From assembly GCA_958009085.1 (NCBI GenBank), contig OY253682.1, positions 868,001 through 932,000 of the forward strand: 64,000 bases of DNA, read 5' to 3'. The translations under genes were made by a program, and so were the position numbers. Shown piece after piece: positions 23,801 through 35,900 of the stretch. The DNA is from Protoeuglena noctilucae (Eukaryota). Under the pieces are notes generated by a model, which made no database searches, was not told the DNA's origin, and saw nothing but the letters and a program-made list of their open reading frames with translations. The stretch's first letter is position 1; each line of letters begins with the position of its first letter.

Positions 23801-26800
23801 CGGCCTTGTCCCGCTGCCGCCGCAAGACCTTGGCGGCCGCGCAATTTGCCAAGTGGGCGAATACCTTAGGCGTGATGATCATATGACGACGCGACTCCGG
23901 AGGGTGCGGCAGGGCCGTGAAGCCCTTCTTCCTCCCGACGATGTCCATCTCGCGGGACCTCTCCACAGGCGCTGCGAGCGGGGGGGGAGGGGGAGGAAGG
24001 GTAATGCCCGACTCGACGCAAGTCGTGACCCGACGCCGGCAGGGGATGCACCTCCGCGAGGACGCGAGACTGACAGATGTCGACAGCAAGCGCGCGTATG
24101 GCATCGGGGCACATCCGGGCACGGGATGGGCGACGGCGTGCATGCAAGCGTGCGGCGCTCACCGAGCGTGACCCGGGCGAGCCCCCGCCCGCGCACGGTC
24201 CGCCAGTGCAGCATGTATAGATGCCAAAAGAACAGCTGCGGCGTGACCTGGCTCGGGTGGTACGGGACCCGCGAGTAGAAGCGATCCGCGGCGAGGCCCC
24301 CGCCGGGCGCGGTGACCATCGCGGCCCGCGTGGCCCTCGCTTGCCGGTAGACCCGGCGGAGCGCGGCCTCGACCGCCGCTCTCTCAGCCTGCGCGAGGGA
24401 CGCCAGGCGGCCCCGCAGGGTCTCGTGTAGACCGAGGACGTAGGCACCCGCATTGCCCGGGGGGGCCCATGGCGTCGCCCACTCCTCCCCCGCGGCGACC
24501 CAGCTCCAGAGGAGGGACTTGCTCATATCCGCCTTGTCCGTCACGCGCGGCGCCAGGCGTTGTCCGTTGGCGCCCACGTCGGGTGGCGTGAATCGTATCC
24601 CATCGTTGACGAGCTACGAGGGGTGGACGAGGGCGGCTCGGTTCTCGGGCTCGCACGTCGGCGGGTGGGAGGACGGACGATCGACCGGCAAGCCAAGCCA
24701 TCGCGCGACTCACCCTCGCGCCTGGGACGATGTCGCGGCAAAGGCCGAGGAGGTGTTGGCGGGCGCGGCGGACGAACGGCACCGTGACGTGGTGGACGAT
24801 GTTGAGGACGAGCTGGGAAGCCAGGGCCTGGAAGATCTCGCGCATCGCCCTCTCTGGAAAGACGAACGCGTCGTCGTCCCGCGCGCCCAAGATGGCCTCG
24901 ACTTGCCGGCGGTCGTTGCAAGCCGGCAAGGTCGCCGTGAAGCCCGCCGACCCTTGGATCTCGAGACGCGTATGCTTGCACACCGCGTGCTCGTTCTGCG
25001 GATCCGCCATCCCCCGGTAGGCCATGGACACCCAGAAGCGAGGGCCGGACGACCTCGAGAACATGTCGGCCACCGCCGTGGTCCACACGTAGCGCATGAA
25101 CACCGCCACGTTGTAGACGGGCATGCCGTCCTCGTTCCGCGGCACGTTGGGGTGATGCAGATAGACGTCGAACCGGTGGATGACCAACGCCGTCATCGTG
25201 CGCATTCCCAGCTTTCGCTGGTTCGTGCATACCGGCACGAGGCGGTCGACGGTCTCGACGAGGGCGCGGGCTTGGGGGTCCGACGCCATGTCGACCGTCT
25301 CTCGAAGGTGACGATGTGACGTGACGTAGTCCTCCGGGACCGGGGCGCCGGGCTCGTCGTCGTCCGACGGTGCCCCGGAGGACGGGTACCCCTTGCCGCC
25401 CTTGGGGGGCGGTGGAGGCGCGCCACCTCCGGGCGTCGCCCGACCACGCCCTCCGCGGCCGCCCCCGCCCCCACTCGACTTGGATTTCTGCGAGGGGGAA
25501 GCGGGGACGGGAAACGTTGGTGTATGTCAAGGGGGGCGATGGTAGGAGACGGTCCTCGTGGCCCAAAGGAACGCCGGCGCGCGAACTCGCCTTGGTCACG
25601 CCGCCTTTTCGCCCGCCCTTCTTCCCGCCCTTCTTCCCACGGCCACGCCCCTGGGCGCGCGTGCGCGCCCTCGCGCCGCCCTCGGCACCCGCAGCATGGA
25701 CCCGCCGGCGGCGAGCCCACCACGCCGCTATGGCACGCGCGGCCCGGACGACATCTTTGGCCACGGCCACGGCGAGCCGCCGCACCTGCGAGCGCGTGGG
25801 GTTGGGGAGGGCGGTCTTTATTCGGCGACGAGCTTGGGTCGGAGGGAGCGGCGGGCGAGCATTGCATCGCGTGCATGCCATCATTCCGCCGGCGCTTTCT
25901 CGCTCGCTCGCTCGCTCACCAGCCGGCAGAGCGACAGGACGCCACGGAGGAAGCCGCGCGGCCGGCGCCGGCGTCTCGCGCGCCAGTACCGCCGCCCGCA
26001 CCGCCATATCGCCTCGCGCACCCCGCGCGGACGCACGAGATCGTCGCCCGATTCGCCCACGGGGACGTCTTCCTCCACGCTCGTCGCCATGCACGCGTAC
26101 CCGGCTGCGTGGAGGGAAACGAGGCGATGGACGTGGGCGAGGGAGACTTGCGAGCTCGCGCGGTAAGCGTTCGCTACAGCGCTCACCTACTCCACCCGTG
26201 GCCAAGAGGGCGAAGCTTGCCGGGATTGTCTCGTCGACGTCGAAAGAAGGCCCCGCGGGCCTCCCCGTATCCCACGTGACGTGGAGCACGAGAGGCCCAT
26301 CCCTGCGCGAGAGGGAGGGGCGCGAGCTGTGCTGAATGCTGCTGCTTTCATTCGCATCACCATCGTCAATAAAGAAACCCAGATGCAGCGGGAGACGCGT
26401 ACGGCCTCACCGTCCGCCGCACGGGCGCATGTAGATGGAGCGCGCAGCGAGGACCACGGCCGCCACCGCCACCACGGCGAGGGCTGCACGCTTCAGGACA
26501 GACCATGCCGACAGGAGCACTGACCCGGCTCCCCACCCGCCATGGGTCTGCGGGCGTGAGGCGGGGGCGCGAGATTGCATGGAGCGTGCAAGCTCCCGCC
26601 GCATCATCCGGTGACCAACGGGCTGTTCAGAGGGAGTGTCCCTTATGCAAACAGTGCGGCAGGCGCAAGGGATAGGCCCGAGCGTCGATCCCGGCTTGCA
26701 CGAACCGACGTGGGTCCGTGGCGGGCAAATACGGCCGCGGAGCCTTACCTCCTCGACATCATGGCCCCGTGGCTCTGTGTTGGAGCCCTGTCCACGTGCC

Positions 26801-28113
26801 TCCTTGTGCTCCGCGCCGATGCGGACCTGCGGGCCTCGCGCGGGTGGCGGGTCCGAAACGCGCTACGATGCGACCCGCGTGGCGCGCCGGCCCGGCGTGC
26901 GCGCTCGCGATGCAGGCGGTTTTAAGCAGCGGGGATACTGTGTGAAGGACACGTGCGGCTCGAGAACGGCGCGCGAGAGCCCCTAGGAGGAGCGTGGGGT
27001 CCGGGGCCCCGAGACGTGACCATGTGTGCATCGCGGCGGGGCCGTCACGTGCGACCTGCCTCACCTCCGCTCGCACGGCGCTCGACGACGTCGTATTCCA
27101 GCGTGGCGGCTGGTGGCCTGCGCGGCGGCCACCGCTGCCGCGCGGCGACATGACCGGAGGGGCACACTCCGACCGCCCCGCGGCGCGGGGACGCGCGCGT
27201 TTGCGCAAGGCGCTGCGGAAGAAGAAGAAAGACGCTGAATAGGACAGCAAGCGCGAGCATGCTCGTCGAGAACGGCCCCGATACGCGCGAACGCACGCAG
27301 AAAGTCACTCCGTATTCCGGACCGTCGCGCGGGCGGGGGGAGCCATCCGGGAGGCGCCGGGACAGACGATTCGTTTTCAGCTGGCCAAATACACGTCCCG
27401 CTCACCTGAGGGGTGGCCTCGAGCCCCGAGGGGGAGGCGGTGCTCTTCGATGATCCCGAGGCAGGAAGGTCGAGGTCGGAGGCGGGAATGCCCGGGGACG
27501 CAGCCGCGAACCACAGCCATCCGAAGAAATGACAATCTTTTCCACGGATGGAGCCTCGCCGGCGGGCGGGTTTGACCCGGTCGTGTCCGTCCGACCGACT
27601 CGGAACGAGTCCGAGTTGTCCGGAGTTGTCGTGGACCTCCCTACCCCGGCCGGGGCCTGGAACGTCCCTCCGAAGGCCGGGCGTTGCGACGGTGGCCGTG
27701 GTCACCCGCCACACACGCGAAGCGGCGGGCGGCGGGCGACCGGGGGGAGCGACGAAGATCGCGAAGGGGCCGCGCGAGTGCTTTCCGGGCGGGACGGACA
27801 AACGGGGCGAGCCCCGACCCCACGCCGACGTGTGCCGGCAAGGTCGTGATGGGGCCCACGGGTCCACCCTACCCACCCCCACAGGGGCAGCTTCAAGCGG
27901 ATCCACGCGGCCGGAGAGGCGGGGGATCGCCTCGCCAATCACTCGCGCAGTCCGGCGCGGGCCTTCCGTCTAGCTTGCGCCCCGGGCGGGAGGGCGTGGC
28001 CTTCGACGACACGGTCGTCGGTGTGATGTACATGGCCGCCGCGGGGACCGGTGGAGGCGACCCCCGTCGAAGCGATTCGGCCGCGGAAGGCGTGTTTGAC
28101 TCGTGAGTCGTCG
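20835..28113 (-). mobile_element. Fanzor-carrying non-autonomous transposon, possibly Helitron-like; boundaries tentative
   Basis: CpG-rich island with a sharp GC drop at ~28113; minus-strand A|TC at 28113 next to palindrome gactcacgagtc; hairpin + CTAG|T at 20835; no transposase recognised. Confidence 0.45.
21106..27151 (-). CDS. Fanzor1 (TnpB-like RNA-guided endonuclease), 11 exons, ~1,510 aa, one unresolved phase junction
   Basis: RuvC-I IIIGVDPGKK (D at 22697-22699), VIVAFGNA, RuvC-II VWQDERYTSQV (spliced 22064/21864), RuvC-III ERDGNAAVMI (D at 21571-21573), VTTDGVKV, ASQLVLNIVHHVTVPFVRR and GFTALP..RHMIIT motifs. Exons: 27151-27065, 26826-26749, 26547-26411, 26302-26187, 26104-25920, 25785-25591, 25487-24714, 24613-24163, 23971-22894, 22738-22064, 21864-21106. 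Confidence 0.88.
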
Positions 28114-28888
28114 ATAATTTAGCGGGATTCCGGTAATGTATGCAAGTAACGCAAGTACGCAAGTAACGTGCATTGCTTCGTTGGCAAATGGAAAATTTTA
28201 CAGTGTGACACTTCACTAGCAACCAATACCATACGAAGCTATTTTGACATGACCTGGATACGATAAATGGGTTACTAAAATGCACATGTGGATTGTGAGC
28301 TACTGTTGTTGGATGTGTAAAAACATTATATAACATTATGTATTAAATTCTCTAACACATTTAGATACCAATTAAAATACTGTGGTGTTTAGTTGGTAAT
28401 GAATTGTTACATGACACCCGCCTGGGCGTGGTGATGCATTGACATGTCCCACTCATGGTGAAAAATTATGGAAAGACATGTCGATGTCTGCATCCGTGAC
28501 CTTCCACCTTCGCCAGGTGCTAGTCCAGCTGTAAATGTGAACGGCCTTATCAGCGTGGTGACCTGTCTTTCATTGCATTGCATTACCTTCAGCTAGCTAT
28601 AAGTGCCATATCGTGCTAGCCAAGGTACACCTTGCGGATGGTGAATTCTGATGTAACATGTTAAAGACGAACATGATTTAATATTTAATGTAATTTTTTG
28701 TAACAGGAGCAGTAAGATTTCCCAATAATTAATATTATGTCTAGTGTCTCAAGAAAGTGTCATCCGAAACTCTTGCAGACCCAAAAGTTCGCAATTGTTC
28801 TTAGCTTATTCTAGCCAAACCAAAAAAAAGAAAGCTAATTCCCTCATTTATTGCCACGTCGTAGGCGCCCGCGCCCGCGTTTGCGCTG

Positions 28889-30710
28889 ATGCGCTCGCGC
28901 GAGGGCTTCGCCATCATCGACGACACGCTTGTGGATCCGTACTATCCATCCTACGAGTCCTTCGATTGGAACGGCGAGTCAATCCTTGCCATCATTGATT
29001 GACGGGGGTTGCCTCACCACTCCCCCTCTCTCGCCCCCTTCCTCTGCATGTGGACATTGACAAGCCCAGTCACCCCCTCAACCCCCTGCCATTCTCGCAG
29101 GCATGCGAGTGGACATCGACCACACCAAGAACCGCGTCTTCTTCCCCATGTTCCGCCAGCGGTCGTATGTCGTGGCCAACACCACAACAAACACTGACAG
29201 CAAATCGAAAGCACCCACTTTCTACTCCGTGTCTGTCGCGCACCCGGAGCTGCCACTCAGGGCACGCAGCCGTGTCGAGGGCATCCGGGGGGACCGCGTG
29301 CGGTGCGGGTGGCAGTGAATGGGGTAGTTGGGGTGGTGTTGAGGGTGGCAGTGGGGGTGGTGTTAAGGGTGGCAGTGGGGGTGGGGGGTGGTCGGTGGGG
29401 GTGGTGTTAAGGGTGGCAGCGGGGGTGGCAGTGGGGGTAGCGATGTGAGAGTAAGGGTGAGAGTGCCCTCATGTCCCTGCCCCTTTCCAACCACAGTTGC
29501 TCCATGTTCTACGGATTCAAGACGCACAGCCGTGACGCCCTCCGCGCTTTGGCAAAGGGGACAGTGATCCAAGACGCAGCCGACAAGGCAAGCACCGAGT
29601 TCCTGTCATACCCATCATAACCTATGGTGGGCCTGTGTGTGGGTTGCGCTCGCTGTCGTGTGTGTGCTGCGTGCCACACCCCCTGCTGTGTATCTCACAA
29701 CACCCCCGTCGCTCTCACAGCACCCCCCCCCTGCCGTGCCCACCATTACCCATAACCCCCTGCCCCCCTCTCCCTGTCCCCCCAGGTCTACACCGGCATG
29801 GACTCTCTCCTCCCAAGCGCCGCTTCCCCTCAAACCGGCTGCTGGTTCGAATCCGTGATGGCCATGGATCTGAACGGCGTGTGGCGCGACCCGCCCCTGC
29901 TCTGCGGGCGCACCTACTTCCCCCTGTGGCTCCAGAATATGGCGAACTTGGACATCTGTTTCAAAGACATGCTGCAGCGCAACTACCTCAAGTTCATGGC
30001 CAGGCACCGGTGAGGAGAAAAAGAACTAGCCTACTTGGTAGAGTAGGCTAGTTCTTTTTCTACTAAGCATTTATCTGTCATCCATCCTTTAAGTATATCA
30101 TGTAAAGCAGATACCATACCTTATCTATCACCCATCCTCTTGTGATGCCCACGCAGGGACCTGCAGGGGGCAGACGTGGCCAAAGTATCGGCGTTTGTGG
30201 AAGCACGGCGCAAGCAGAGGCAGCTCAGCGTCCACGGCCGAACCTCCACCGCTGCGGTGAGGAGGGGGGTGGGTAAGAAACAAAGGGATGGGTTAGAAAC
30301 ATTAGACGCGCTTCATGTCACACATTGGCTTGTGCCCATACGCGCAACTAGTACTAGCTTGGTCTCATGTGTCACTCCCTATGCGTCACTCATTGTGCTC
30401 ATATCATGTGTGCATGGCTCCATATGCGTGCATTACCCCATATACACATGACCCCATTACCACACCTCCCCAGGTTGCTGCGCTGGCCGTCTTTGTCGTC
30501 ACATCTCTCACCCTCGCCGTTTCAAGCAACACAGCGCTGGCATCCACCCAAGGCCCCTCCTCCGCATTCCTCTACATCCTCGCCCTCATCGCGCCCCGCG
30601 GCTATGGCGGAGTGGCGTTCGTGCTGTTGGGGTATGCCCTATCGGTTGCGGCACAAGCGGGGGCAGTGGCGGCGGCAGCATATGGGGTGCTATGGGCCAT
30701 GGGGTACTGA
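28889..30710 (+). CDS. Hypothetical protein with C-terminal transmembrane helices, multi-exon
   Basis: Coherent exons (DPYYPSYESFDWNG|MRVDIDHTKNRVFFPMFRQRSY; GCWFESVMAMDLNGVWRDPPLLCGRTYFPLWLQN; hydrophobic last exon); family not recognised. Confidence 0.6.
30016..30061. repeat. Perfect 20-bp inverted repeat with 6-nt loop in an intron
   Basis: agaaaaagaactagcctact-tggtag-agtaggctagttctttttct. Confidence 0.9.
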
Positions 30711-31281
30711 TGAGACGAGTTAAGAGGAAATAATGAGGCATGTGAGGGGTGCAGTGGTGGGTGGGGGGTTGCGGTGGGGAGGGGATGAGGGGGAGGGATG
30801 CAGTGGGCTGTTGGGTGACGCTGCCGTGGATGGTTGTCTCATAGGGATGTTATCCGAGCAACGTCGATAATGACCATGTACTGGTCTACGCCCACACAGT
30901 GACGGTCATTGGCAAGCAACAAGCAGCCGTGCCGATGCCATGTTGTGAGGGATATCATGTAGTGACAACAGTGACGGGCGTGGCAATCAATGCTCTGCCA
31001 TCGTTTCAAATCCTCTCGCATGCTACTCCCGCCACGAACCGGGCTGCTCATGGCCAGAGCCACCATGCTTGCTCGCACACGCGCGCCACTCAGCCACACC
31101 GTCACTCTCACAGCGTGCGTGTGTCATGGGATCGCCGCATCATGCGATCACCCTTCGCCGCCACAACTCCCACAACTCCCATCGCATCCACCACCACTCT
31201 GCCCTCCAACCACCGCCCAACACCACCCTCCCAGTCCCTCCTTCGCAGTCCCCACACTACACCCCACCCCACACTCCCAAC

Positions 31282-32400
31282 TCAGTTCCCATTCCCGAAG
31301 CTGAGCCCCCCCGAGAGCTGCTCGTAGAGGAACAGCAGCCCGTCGATGGCCAGAATCACCAGGCCCACCTTGGTGACCGTCGTAATCCCACCCGGCTCCT
31401 TCCCCTGAGCTTTCGCGTCTTGCTGCTGCACCTCCGTCCATCCCAGCACCTCGGAAAGGCCCCCGATGCCCGCGTAACGGATATCCTTGCCGCCCACCGT
31501 GGGCAGATCGCCCTTCTCTGATGTGTCGAAGCCCCCATTGATCCACGCCACCTCGGCATAGCCGGCGCGCGCCAGCTGCTCGCACGCTGCCAGGGATCGG
31601 AGCCCTTTCTGGCACCCGACGACCACGCGGGTGTCCTTGGGAATCTTCGTCTGCACCTCCCGCATGAAGTTGGGGTTCGCCACCATGTGACCGCCCCCCA
31701 GCCACCAGCCGCCCATGCCAAACGCAGACATCTGCTTCAGGAGCGAGGGCACCGACAGGTCCTCGTCCATCACTGCGAGGGGGGACGGAGACAGAAACGG
31801 GTCGGGACCAGCTGACATATCTGGGGGCAACGCGACGTGCGGTGTGCGTTGTGGCGGTGCACGCGTCCATGCGCCCCTCATGCAAGCAACGAGCAGCCAG
31901 ACATCATCTCCAGTTAGCGTCCAGCATCAATCTTACCGAACAGCGGCACCGTCACGGCTCCCTCGATGGCCACCTTCTCGATCTCCTCCTCCGGCCGCAC
32001 GTCCAGCAGCACCCACCCTTCCTTCATCATCTCCCCCGCCATCCGGCTCGTCACGTTCTTCACCGCGCCCGATCGAACCTGGTCCTCCCAGCGACCCTGC
32101 GCGAGGAGGTGCGGTGCGTCGGTAAGCGTCGGGGGATGCCCAGGGGCCGCTCGCAGGCGCAGCAAATCGCGGGCTCACCATGGCCGCGTTGACCTCGTCC
32201 TGCGTCGTCGACCGCACGGACGCGTTGCGCGTCGCACGGACCGGCGATGGCGCCCACCTCGCGACGCGCGCTGCGGGAGAGGGAGAGGCGCGGGCCAGCT
32301 CAGCGCGGGGACAGTTGAGGCTGGCAAGTCACCGCAGGCACGCGTGGATCCTCCCCGCGCCTCGCTGGGGGGTCGTGCGGGACACACAGACGCTCAGTGT
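31282..32400 (-). CDS. Chloroplast rhodanese-like protein (STR11-like); start approximate
   Basis: GWVLLDVRPEEE..AIEGAVTVPLF; FGMGGWWLGG; VVVGCQKGLRSLAACEQL; DIRYAGIGGLSEVLGWT. Confidence 0.85.
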
Positions 32401-32915
32401 CGCTAGAAGGCGCGCAGCAACGGAGGCGGGGAGCAGAGAGCGGCTGGGAGGAGCACCAGGCAAGGAACCCGCGCGGGGGCGTCGCAGGGACGGCCGGGGG
32501 CATCAAAGCGTGTCCCAGGCGTTCCGAAAGTTACAAACCAGCCAGCAGGTGGACCGCGGAGGGCTGGATCGGCGCGGCTCTCCCTCGCGAGGCCGATATC
32601 GCGGCCCCCGAGTTCCGAGCTTCCCTGGCCGAACTGCCCGCGCGGAGGAGCCTCCCCGCACTTGTCTGCCGCCGTTCATAACCAGATACAGGGTTGCTTC
32701 GCGGGGCCATGCGCTCACCTGGCGCGGCCCGGCTTGTTGCCCCGGCCTGGGGCCGGGCTCCGAGGGCCGAGAAAGAGATCGTTGCGCTCATGCCGACCGA
32801 CAGAGACAGGTGCGCGACACGGTCCATCTGGCCACGCCGCTAGCCGCGCCGGCAGCCCAGTAAGCAAGCCCAGCTTCAAGCACTGGCACCGAGCCCCAGC
32901 AAGAGCCGCGCGCGC

Positions 32916-35900
32916 CTAAGCGGGGATGAAGGCCAGGTCGTTCTCCTTGAGGAAATCGGCGACGTCCGGCATGTCCCCGTCGACCTCCGGGTTGTGGGAG
33001 AGGAAGGAGGCGCCGGAGATGCCGTGCTCCCGGAAGGCTGCCCCAATCTTCGCGTCGTCCATGCGGCTGCGCATGTGATTGATGACGAAGAGCGCCATCT
33101 CGCGCCGGAGGTACGGGTCCTCGATTGGCGCGAAGAGCGGCGGGAGGGCCGTGAGGGGCACGGTGCCGTCGGCGATGACGGAGCCCAGGAGCGACCCCAG
33201 GAGCCGCGTGGCCAACGGATAGTCCATCGAGAGGTCTCCCATCTCGGACAGGAGCGTCCCGAGGCTCTGCGTGAGGTGCGCCGACTGCACGTAGCCCCGG
33301 CGCGTGAGCACGCCCATCAACTTGATCGCCATCCCCTGGTCGCGCTCGGACGTCATGTCCAGCATACGCGTCGCCACCTCCGACACCAACTGCGCGCGAG
33401 ACGAACCGACGATGAGTCCTGCGCACGCTCCCTGTCACCACGCCAGTCCCACCCGCACCCATGCACCCGCACCCATACCCCCCGCACCTTGGGCATCCAC
33501 GCCGGGTTGTTGAGGTCGTTCATGCACGTGACGAGCTCCTTCTCGTCCCCGACCGCCACGAACTCCTCGATCATCCCCCGCATCATCTTCTCCAGCTCCT
33601 CGTCGCTGCGGTTGACGTTGCCCGTCGCGGCCGGGGGCGTCGCGCGGGGCACGAAGTCACCCAGCAGCCCGGACGCCACCTCGCCCGCCCCCGTGCGGTG
33701 CGTGTACCGCCCCTGCCCGGCCGCCCCACCCTCGCGCAGCGCGGGGAACAGCTCCACCTCCCGCTGCCCCCCCCGGGGCGCGAGGCTGGCGAACGACCCC
33801 GCGCCGGCGTCGGTCTTGGGGATGGAGACCCCCAGGGCCAGCTCGGCCTCCGCTCGAATCTCGTCGAGCTTCTTGGCGGTCTGGACCTCGCGCCTGGGGA
33901 CCCACTTGTTGGCGCGGAGGTCGAGGATGTCGCGGACCAGGAAGCGCACGCGGCTGGAGAGAGACTTGTCCTGGCTCAGCTCCGCCAGGCGCTTGAAGTG
34001 GCGCTGCGGGGAGGGGGCGGGGGGTGGGGGAGCGGTGGGGGAGTGGTGGGACAGGGAATGGAACGGTGATAGCGGGCGGAGGGTGGGTGAAACGAGTGGC
34101 AACGACTGGCGAAAACCTGACACAGCACCTCGCCAACTCTGGCTGGCTGGCTGGCTGGCTGCCCATGTCGCAACCCACCGCTGCAACCCACCCCTCCCCA
34201 TCCCCTCTCACCTCCACCTTGGCCTTCTCGCTACCCTTCCCGTCCTTGCCCCCCCCGTCCTGCGCCCTCTCCTCCAAAGCCTTCCCCGCCACCGCGAACA
34301 TCTCGCACAGTGTCTCGACATCGTCCTCGTCGGTCGCCTGCCCCTTGGGCGGATGCAGCAGGTCCTGCACCAGCTCCGACATGACCCACTGCGGCACCTC
34401 GCCCTTCAGGTACAGGTGCGCGATGAGGCGGACCGTCCCGATCATCCGCTGCTTCACGCGGCGGTCGGCCTCGTCGGGGTCCTCCCCCGCCGCCCCCCTC
34501 GCGCGCTGCGCCAGGCGCTCCTGCCGCGCGGACTCGAACTCGTCGTGGCACGTGTTGAGGAGCACCTTGCGGAACGCGATCGGCTTGGTCTCGCCCGCGG
34601 GAGGGGGGAACTCCGGCAGCTCCTTGGACAGGCCCATGCACAGATCGACGTAAAGGAATGTGAAGCTGGGCTCGGACACCGCCTTCTCGAACACGAGCGT
34701 GATCGTCTTGCGCAGCGTCTCCGCCGTCGTGACCACCTCCAGCAGCTGCCTGCGGGCCGGGCGCGGCGCGGGAGCATGACGACGGGTGGCGCGGTGCGAC
34801 GCGTGCAATGTCACGCGCCCGGCAGCCTGCGGCGCCGCGACGGTCGCGATGTGCGATGCAATACTCACTGGAACAGTCGCTCGAACTTCTCGGGCGCGAG
34901 CCTGTTGAGAATACCGCGGATCTGCTTGACGGCACGCTCGAGGTCCGTCGCCGTCTGCCCGACCGTCGGGCGCCACGCCTTCTGGCCCACCTCCGCCGCC
35001 GTCTGGATCTTCGCGAACTCCTCCTTCCCCTCCGGCCCGTCCGCGCGCCTCCCGGCCTCGGGGCCCTCGGCCGCGTCCCAGCCGGGCTTGCGTGCGCCAG
35101 CCTCGCCCTGCGCGACGCGAGACGTGCGGCCGTGACGGAGGACCAAAGACATGCATTTCTTGCAACCGCGCGCAACACCAGAATGCGCGCTCACCGCCGG
35201 GGCGCGCCACGTGTCCTCCTCGGAGCCAATCAGCTGCAGGACCTGTTGCCGGTTGCGCTCGCGCTGCGCCTCGGGCACCACCACGGAGAGCTTGGAGTAC
35301 TCCAGCTCCGGAGGGCACCGGTAGAAGCGCTTGGCGTGCTTGACCAGCTCCTCCTTCGTGTAGCGCACTGCGGGGGCGCAGACGGGGACGAAAAGGCTCG
35401 CGCTCTGGATTCCGTCGCGAGATCCTGGACGAGACGACGTCAGGGCCGAGCGAAACACAGCGGAGATCGGGGATGGACGCAGAGAGCGCCCGTGGGGCCC
35501 GCGCACGGGGCGACGGCCGGCACGCGGTCGCCCACCGCGCCCGAGCGCCCGGGCGGCCGCGAAAGTCTCTCACCCATGTCCTGGACGGCCTTCATCTTCT
35601 TGAAGATGGGCCGGAGCTCCGCGGCCTGGTCGCCCTGTTGCTGCGGGCACGTGAGGAGGGGCGGTGTTCAGAAAGACCCCCGGCGACCTCTGGGCATCCC
35701 AGGGACCCTGCGCCCGCTGCGAGCCGCGCTGAGAGTGAGTCATCATGCAGCTGCTCGGCAGCGTCGGCGAGACGCCCGCTCAGGGCGCAGAACGACCCGT
35801 GTTTGAGCAGCTGGGGGGTGTTCGAGGGCCATGGAGGCGCGAAGCGGGCCCATGTCATCCGTTTCATCGCTCTCCTATCGCAGGTCGCGGAAGGCGAGCT

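Noticed and set aside
19569..28106. Long plus-strand ORFs in the island as a candidate transposase, RepHel or reverse transcriptase
   Set aside because: No DDE, HUH, helicase, recombinase or RT motifs recognised; mostly antisense shadows
32994..35135. 713-aa plus-strand ORF
   Set aside because: Antisense shadow of the GC-rich eIF4G exons with no motifs
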